From Mycolicibacterium smegmatis (GTDB taxonomy: Bacteria; Actinomycetota; Actinomycetes; Mycobacteriales; Mycobacteriaceae): DNA of 32,000 nt. The notes beneath the pieces were generated by a model. The model did not search any database. It was given only the letters and a program-made list of their open reading frames with translations, and was not told the DNA's origin. Within the stretch, counting starts at the first letter, position 1. Every line of letters begins with the position of its first letter. This document shows positions 26,974 to 32,000 of this stretch, in pieces. The stretch is taken from NCBI RefSeq assembly GCF_001457595.1, contig NZ_LN831039.1:1920001-1952000 (forward strand), written 5' to 3'. Made by a program: the position numbers and the translations under genes.

Positions 26974-27410
26974 GTGTTCTCCACCAGTTGCAGTGGTCGT
27001 TGATCGCTCTTGCGGGACAACGCCGACGCAACGTCGGGAGAGGTGGTCAGCCCGGAGTCCGGATCACAGATGCGGAGCACCCGTGTGACGGCCTTGCTCG
27101 GCACCACCACCCACTCGGCGTCGGCCCCGGCGCACCGCACATTGAGAGTGTGCAACGTGGTGAAACACGCAGCTCCGAAGAAGGCGACATCGCTCAGGTC
27201 GAGCACGAGTTTCGTGTTCCGTGTGAGGGCCTTCAGGGCATAGTCGGTGAGGAGGCCTGCATTGGAGGCATCCAGGTCGCCGTGAACTGTCACGACGGCG
27301 GTCGTGGTGTTGATCCGTTCGGTGGTGAAATGCGCGTGTTGTCGTGCATGGCTGCCGCTGTGAGGACTACTCCTCTTGGCAACGCTGATTGTGGGCATGT
27401 GTGACTCCAT
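26970..27410 (-). CDS. STAS-domain anti-anti-sigma factor-like protein
   Basis: TAVVTVHGDLDASNAGLLTDYALKAL...KLVLDLSDVAFFGAACFTTLHTL; ATG at 27410 or 27398. Confidence 0.78.
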   Translation of the reverse strand: MESHMPTISVAKRSSPHSGSHARQHAHFTTERINTTTAVVTVHGDLDASNAGLLTDYALKALTRNTKLVLDLSDVAFFGAACFTTLHTLNVRCAGADAEWVVVPSKAVTRVLRICDPDSGLTTSPDVASALSRKSDQRPLQLVENT

Positions 27411-27872
27411 CAGTAGAAAACACGATTCGTACTGCAGTCACGTCACTCAGGCTCTGCTCGCTCAAAGCCCCCGGGCGCAGGGTGTGCTGGCCTGCACGTC
27501 GATGACGATTCCAGCTGGCTGTGAACTCAACCTGGGTCGAACTTTACGCCAGATCGTTACCATCGACAATTGCGTTGGCTCGGTTCTCATAAAACAATCA
27601 GCAACGCCCGTGCGGCCCGCCGAAGTCGCGAAAGTTGTTGCGGCAGAAACAACATTAGTTTGCCAACAGGCGACGAGCACGTGTCGTCCCGCTTATACCG
27701 GATTGCTGTCGCGCGCGTCGGCGTTATCGGGGAACATGCGTCCGGAGCCACCGAAACCGGCGGTCATCCGCCTGTGGCGGGTTTTGCTGGCGTGGTCGGT
27801 GGCGCCCCGGACCGACTTCCGACGCGCCACGGTTCGACGCATCGGCGTGCGACATCCGTGTTCGCCGACTTG

Positions 27873-27898
27873 GTTTGGTACTCGAAGTGTCCGGGTAT
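27873..27898 (+). promoter_or_regulatory. candidate SigF-type promoter (GTTT-N16-GGGTAT)
   Basis: GTTT 27873-27876, GGGTAT 27893-27898; ATG 27908. Confidence 0.6.
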
Positions 27899-27907
27899 CC
27901 GGGCCGC

Positions 27908-28141
27908 ATGAGATTCGGTGGCTTGTTCGGAACGCTAGTTCTCATCTGGTTGCTGATCGGAGTTCTGGCCGCGTGGCAACGCGACTATTTCCAGAACGGC
28001 ACAACCGATTGCGCGACAGCGGGCCAAACTGCGCTCACTGTGTTGGCCGGACCGCTCAACTATGCCGGCGTCAACCCGAAGGTGGGCGAGTGCCGCCTGC
28101 CCGAACCCAGTGCGATGCCCGTCATCGCCAACCTGAAGTGA
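27908..28141 (+). CDS. small single-pass membrane protein
   Basis: MRFGGLFGTLVLIWLLIGVLAAWQRDYFQNGTTDCATAGQTALTVLAGPLNYAGVNPKV... Confidence 0.7.
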   Translation: MRFGGLFGTLVLIWLLIGVLAAWQRDYFQNGTTDCATAGQTALTVLAGPLNYAGVNPKVGECRLPEPSAMPVIANLK

Positions 28142-28148
28142 GGTCGTC

Positions 28149-28304
28149 ATGATTGTCTTCGGAGCGATTCTGCTCATCCTCGGCCTGGTGCTGAACATCT
28201 ACTGGCTGTGGGTCGTCGGCGTGATCTTGATGGTCGTCGGCGCGGTGTTCTGGCTGCTCGGCTCCATCGGGCGCCCGGTCGGTGGCCGCCGGGCCTGGTA
28301 TTAG
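28149..28304 (+). CDS. small two-TM membrane protein (DUF6131-like), 51 aa
   Basis: MIVFGAILLILGLVLNIYWLWVVGVILMVVGAVFWLLGSIGRPVGGRRAWY. Confidence 0.75.
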   Translation: MIVFGAILLILGLVLNIYWLWVVGVILMVVGAVFWLLGSIGRPVGGRRAWY

Positions 28305-28340
28305 GCGCACGCGAACAAGACGCACCGTAGGAGCTGAACG

Positions 28341-28598
28341 ATGCCGAATTCATCGATCAAGGACGAGAAGCTCTACCAGGACCTGCGTAAGCAGGGCGAC
28401 TCGAAGGAGAAGGCCGCGCGCATCTCCAACGCGGCGGCTTCCCGAGGCCGCTCCAAGGTCGGGCGCTCGGGCGGCAAGTCCGGATCCTATGAAGACTGGA
28501 CTGTGTCCGACCTGCGCAGTCGTGCGAAAGAACTTGGGATCACCGGATATTCCGACAAGAACAAGGGTGAGTTGGTGAAGATGCTCAGGAGTCACTGA
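28341..28598 (+). CDS. DUF7218/Rho-N-like small basic protein, 85 aa
   Basis: MPNSSIKDEKLYQDLRKQGDSKEKAARISNAAASRGRS...YEDWTVSDLRSRAKELGITGYSDKNKGELVKMLRSH. Confidence 0.78.
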   Translation: MPNSSIKDEKLYQDLRKQGDSKEKAARISNAAASRGRSKVGRSGGKSGSYEDWTVSDLRSRAKELGITGYSDKNKGELVKMLRSH

Positions 28599-28629
28599 GC
28601 GTTCCCTCCGCCCCGAAAAACCCCGCACG

Positions 28630-28662
28630 AAGGGCCCCGCTGATCAACTCAGCGGGGCCCTT
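28630..28662. terminator. strong hairpin terminator candidate
   Basis: AAGGGCCCCGCTGA-TCAAC-TCAGCGGGGCCCTT; perfect 14-bp arms, 5-nt loop, just after the stop at 28598. Confidence 0.8.
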
Positions 28663-28771
28663 CCCCGTTGTTCTGAGGTTGATCGCCGTTCGGCCCCTCA
28701 TGAGGACAAATCGTTCTAACGTGGGAAGCAGCCCCGAATGCCAGGGCGGAGCAATGGCGGAAGGAGCAGCC

Positions 28772-29080
28772 ATGAAAGGCCCAAAGGATCCTGTCGATCA
28801 TGCTCGGACGACACGGCCACATGCCGGGGAGTCGATGAAGGACAACATGATCATGCCTGCGCTGATCGTGATCGGCCTGGCGCTGGTGACGTTCGTCGGA
28901 TCCCTCGCCGCGTTCGCCACCAGCCACCATGATGTCGGACTGACCCTGGTGAGCCTCGCGGCCGCCGGGTTCGTCATCGGAGCTTTGTGGCTGGCGCTCG
29001 AGCACCTGAGGGTGCGTCGTATCGAAGATCGTTGGTACGCAGAGCATCCCGGGGTGATGAGGCAAGGCCCCAGCAGCTGA
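28772..29080 (+). CDS. UsfY-like protein (copy 3)
   Basis: MKGPKDPVDHARTTRPHAGESMKDNMIMPALIVIG...RIEDRWYAEHPGVMRQGPSS; RBS GGAAGGAG upstream. Confidence 0.83.
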   Translation: MKGPKDPVDHARTTRPHAGESMKDNMIMPALIVIGLALVTFVGSLAAFATSHHDVGLTLVSLAAAGFVIGALWLALEHLRVRRIEDRWYAEHPGVMRQGPSS

Positions 29081-29135
29081 TCGGCCAGGCGGACCTGCGG
29101 GGCGGATCGTTCGCCCGCGGGTGTTTGCGTGCCCG

Positions 29136-29486
29136 TCAGAAGGTCAGAGCCAGAACGATGAAGTCGATCGCCAGCAACGCCAGCCCGATGATCGGCACCA
29201 GGATGCCGCGCCGGGCACGCGCGGTGAACACCGTCAGCGCGATCACCACGACCGGGACCACCGGAGCGCCGTAGAACAGCACTCCGAACCAGAACTCGCC
29301 CGGACCCTGATTCGCGCACGCATCGTCGGCGCACCCGGCCATGCTCATGACCGCGCCCATGCCGTACAGGAACACCGCCACGGCGGCCGGAATCGTCAGC
29401 AGAGCCAGCACCCACGTCGCCGAGATCCGTGTCTTGCGGCCGGTCTCGGTCTGCTCGATCTGTGCCTTGCTCGTGTTCGGGGTCAT
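29136..29486 (-). CDS. hypothetical three-TM membrane protein
   Basis: MTPNTSKAQIEQTETGRKTRISATWVLALLTIPAAVAVFLYG... Confidence 0.7.
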   Translation of the reverse strand: MTPNTSKAQIEQTETGRKTRISATWVLALLTIPAAVAVFLYGMGAVMSMAGCADDACANQGPGEFWFGVLFYGAPVVPVVVIALTVFTARARRGILVPIIGLALLAIDFIVLALTF

Positions 29487-29502
29487 ATCTGGCGGGTACC
29501 CA

Positions 29503-29527
29503 GTTTCGCGGCCCGGTGCACGGGTAT
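29503..29527 (+). promoter_or_regulatory. candidate SigF-type promoter (GTTT-N15-GGGTAT)
   Basis: GTTT 29503-29506, GGGTAT 29522-29527; ATG 29537. Confidence 0.6.
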
Positions 29528-29536
29528 CCGCAGCCC

Positions 29537-30523
29537 ATGACGAGATTCGGATACACGCTGATGACCGAGCAGAGCGGGCCAAAAGATCTTGTGCGTTACG
29601 CCGTCGCGGCGGAGCAGGCGGGATTCGATTTCGAGGTGTGCAGTGACCACTTCTCGCCCTGGCTGACCAGCCAGGGGCACGCCCCGAACGCGTGGGCGGT
29701 GCTCGGGGCGGTCGCGCACGCCACCGAATCGGCGCACCTGTATTCGTACGTCACCTGCCCGACGATGCGCTATCACCCGGCCGTCGTGGCCCAACAGGCC
29801 GCGACCGTGCAGATCCTCTCCGACGGGCGGTTCACGCTGGGACTGGGCAGCGGTGAGAACCTCAACGAACACGTCGTCGGCAAGGGTTGGCCGACCGTCG
29901 AACGGCGTCTCGACATGCTGGCCGAGGCCATCAAGATCATCCGGGAGTTGTTCACCGGCGAACTCATCGACTTCCGGGGCGAGTACTTCGAGGTCGATTC
30001 GGCGCGGATCTGGGATGTCCCCGACGAACCGGTCGGCATCGGCGTCTCACTGACAGGCGAGAGGGCCCTCGACAAACTCGCGGTCTCGACGGACCACCTG
30101 ATCAACGCCGCGCCGGACGCGGCGGTGGTCGAGGGATGGCGCAAGCGCCGTGAGGCCACCGGAATACTGCCCGCGGGCCGCGTGGTCGGACAGATACCGG
30201 TGTGCTGGGATCCCGACAAGGACGCCGCCATCGCCCGCGCACACGATCAGTTCCGGTGGTTCGCCGGCGGGTGGGCGGTGAACGCCGACCTGCCCACCCC
30301 GGCCGGTTTCGCGGCCGCGACACAGTTCGTGCGGCCCGAGGACGTCGCGTCGGCCATTCCCTGCGGTCCCGACCTCGACGCGATCGTCGCCGCCGTCGAC
30401 GAGTACCGCCAGGCGGGCTTCACCGATATCGCGCTGATCCAGATCGGTGGCGACAGCCAGGAGCAGTTCCTTGCCGAGGCCGCCAAGCCGCTACTCGCGG
30501 CGCTGCGCGAGAGTGCCGGGTGA
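29537..30523 (+). CDS. LLM-class F420-dependent oxidoreductase (glucose-6-phosphate dehydrogenase-like)
   Basis: MTRFGYTLMTEQSGPKDLVRYAVAAEQAGFDFEVCSDHFSPWLTSQGHAPNAWAVLGAVAHATE...FTLGLGSGENLNEHVVG. Confidence 0.88.
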   Translation: MTRFGYTLMTEQSGPKDLVRYAVAAEQAGFDFEVCSDHFSPWLTSQGHAPNAWAVLGAVAHATESAHLYSYVTCPTMRYHPAVVAQQAATVQILSDGRFTLGLGSGENLNEHVVGKGWPTVERRLDMLAEAIKIIRELFTGELIDFRGEYFEVDSARIWDVPDEPVGIGVSLTGERALDKLAVSTDHLINAAPDAAVVEGWRKRREATGILPAGRVVGQIPVCWDPDKDAAIARAHDQFRWFAGGWAVNADLPTPAGFAAATQFVRPEDVASAIPCGPDLDAIVAAVDEYRQAGFTDIALIQIGGDSQEQFLAEAAKPLLAALRESAG

Positions 30524-31054
30524 GGCGGCCGTCGAGCCGGGACGACCGCCCATGGGCTGCCCCGACCGCATGGTGAACGGCCAGACGATCCAACAACCCA
30601 CGAACACAACCAGTGCCACCGCACCCGCGGTGAATCCGGCCGGGCGGCCGGCGACGGTGTCGAAGATGATCAGCACCACGCCCGCCATCGCGAACCCCAG
30701 CAACAGCAGTCCCGCGTAGGCGCAGCGGTGTGCCGCGGTCACCACGAGATTCATCCGGTGACGCCGGAACACCATGCGGTGCATGGCAACCGGAGCCACG
30801 AGCAGCGCGGTGGATCCGGCCGAGCACGCGACGGTGATCAGGAAGACCGTGCGCATGGTCCCGTCGAGAACGTCGAACTCCTCCTGGAACGGCAGGGTCA
30901 ACAGCAGGCCGGTGAGTAGCTGGACGCCCGTCTGCACCACACGGAGTTCCTGCAACAGGTTGTTCCAGTTACGGTCGAGCCGTTCGGCCTCGGTCTCGTT
31001 GCGCGCCACCCCGGGAGGCCGTTTGTCGTCGTGGGCGCGCATGTGGTCGATCAT
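30491..31054 (-). CDS. DUF6328-type membrane protein
   Basis: RNWNNLLQELRVVQTGVQLLTGLLLTLPFQEEF...four TM segments. Confidence 0.75.
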   Translation of the reverse strand: MIDHMRAHDDKRPPGVARNETEAERLDRNWNNLLQELRVVQTGVQLLTGLLLTLPFQEEFDVLDGTMRTVFLITVACSAGSTALLVAPVAMHRMVFRRHRMNLVVTAAHRCAYAGLLLLGFAMAGVVLIIFDTVAGRPAGFTAGAVALVVFVGCWIVWPFTMRSGQPMGGRPGSTAASPGTLAQRRE

Positions 31055-31109
31055 GCATCGCCGACGACGAACCCGGTACAAAAGGCGCGTTTCCGGGTAC
31101 GTCTGAGGT

Positions 31110-31241
31110 ATGGACGGCGGTTCGCCGCACATGCTGCGGCGCCTTCTCATCTCACTGGCGCTGATTCTGGCCGTGGTGATCGCGATCGTCGCAGCGGTGT
31201 ACGCGATGGCGTTCATCATGCTCGCCCCGATGATGACCTGA
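31110..31241 (+). CDS. 43-aa single-TM peptide
   Basis: MDGGSPHMLRRLLISLALILAVVIAIVAAVYAMAFIMLAPMMT; GAGG just upstream. Confidence 0.45.
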   Translation: MDGGSPHMLRRLLISLALILAVVIAIVAAVYAMAFIMLAPMMT

Positions 31242-31252
31242 GGTGGTCGAGG

Positions 31253-31278
31253 GTTTCCCGAATGCCGACGTTGGGCAT
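31253..31278 (+). promoter_or_regulatory. candidate SigF-type promoter (GTTT-N16-GGGCAT) for the chaB-rsbW operon
   Basis: GTTT 31253-31256, GGGCAT 31273-31278; one mismatch in -10. Confidence 0.45.
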
Positions 31279-31339
31279 CCGGTGGGGCGGACAGCGGAAT
31301 CGATACATGAAGACGTGAGGGACCCGAGAGGAAGTGGTC

Positions 31340-31762
31340 ACGGTGCCGAAGACGACCCGTCAGGGTGCGGCCAAGAAGAGCGAACTGCCGAGCACACTGA
31401 AGAAGTCGGACGCCAAGGCGCAGCGGACCTTTGCCAAGGCGCACGACGCGGCGGCCGAAGAGTACGGCGAAGGGGAGCGCGCCCACCGCGTCGCGTACTC
31501 CGCGCTGAAGCACAGCTACGAGAAGGTGGGCGACCACTGGGAGGCCAAGACGCGTCGTGGCCCGTCCGATCAGCGCGCACGTGGCGGCGGTCCGAACGCG
31601 AAGGGCAAGACGGCCGAAGGCGTGGACGCGCACGCCAGCAAGGCCCACCTGCTGCAGATCGCCAGGCGCCTCGACATCCGGGGCCGCTCGACGATGAACA
31701 AGGGCGACCTGGTGACCGCTATCGAGAAGGCGAACCGGCGCGAAACCCGGGCCAGGCGTTGA
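31340..31762 (+). CDS. chaB: ChaB-domain protein with C-terminal Rho-N-like segment
   Basis: ELPSTLKKSDAKAQRTFAKAHDAAAEEYGEGERAHRVAYSALKHSYEKVGDHWEAK; start anywhere in 31334-31344. Confidence 0.82.
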   Translation, partial: TVPKTTRQGAAKKSELPSTLKKSDAKAQRTFAKAHDAAAEEYGEGERAHRVAYSALKHSYEKVGDHWEAKTRRGPSDQRARGGGPNAKGKTAEGVDAHASKAHLLQIARRLDIRGRSTMNKGDLVTAIEKANRRETRARR

Positions 31763-31865
31763 ACCGCCACCGCGGGCCGTGTGATCCGGCAGCGGAACAA
31801 GGAGTGGCGCGGTGAATCCACCCACCCGCCTGAGGTACTGTCGGTCACAAATTCCAGGAGGTCAG

Positions 31866-32000
31866 ATGGCGGAAACACCCGCTCGGGGCGAGCGGTCGGT
31901 AGAGATCCGCGTCGCCGCGATGTTGGAGAACCTGGCGGTGGTGCGCACCGTGGTCGCTGCGATCGCAACGTTCGAGGACCTCGACTTCGACGTGGTCGCG
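31866..32000 (+). CDS. rsbW: RsbW-like anti-sigma factor, truncated by the window edge (sigF expected next)
   Basis: MAETPARGERSVEIRVAAMLENLAVVRTVVAAIATFEDLDFDVVA...; open to the edge; same motif as the 26353 ORF. Confidence 0.65.
   Translation, partial: MAETPARGERSVEIRVAAMLENLAVVRTVVAAIATFEDLDFDVVA

Noticed and set aside
31095-31100. GGGTAC as a SigF -10 for the 43-aa ORF at 31110
   Set aside because: Spacing to ATG fits the pattern, but the -35 position reads GGTA rather than GTTT.
1-32000. CRISPR arrays, tRNAs, prophage or toxin-antitoxin/defence islands
   Set aside because: No regular repeat-spacer structure, no recognised tRNA cloverleaf, and no phage or nuclease/toxin families identified by motif reading.

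Overview
High-GC actinobacterial DNA, most likely from the Mycolicibacterium smegmatis group. It carries UsfY-like, CsbD-like and ChaB proteins, and the right edge holds a chaB-rsbW arrangement that looks like the start of a sigF locus. Main contents: (1) an IS110-family insertion sequence (~901-2370). It sits between the ribosome-binding site and ATG of a HemK/PrmC-like methyltransferase. Its non-coding end contains segments that match the element ends and the flanking target in the order expected for a bridge (seek) RNA. (2) A stress-regulon neighbourhood (cytochrome P450, three UsfY paralogs, SDR, divergent NRAMP transporter, PRC-barrel-like proteins, STAS/RsbW-like regulators, LLM oxidoreductase) with many SigF-type GTTT-N15-17-GGGTA promoter candidates. 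(3) A ~13 kb glycan locus (12074-25277) encoding heptose activation (GmhA, HldE, and a GmhB-like phosphatase fused to a GT2 glycosyltransferase), two GT9 heptosyltransferase-like enzymes, further glycosyltransferases, a carbamoyltransferase, a UDP-glucuronate-decarboxylase-like epimerase and UDP-glucose dehydrogenase. This looks like a pathway for a heptose-containing, possibly carbamoylated, mycobacterial glycan that I cannot link to a known product. Three of its genes are disrupted in this sequence (one in-frame stop, two frameshifts), so the locus is either decaying or carries sequence errors. No tRNA, rRNA or CRISPR was recognised. All family calls are by eye from motifs; no searches were run.
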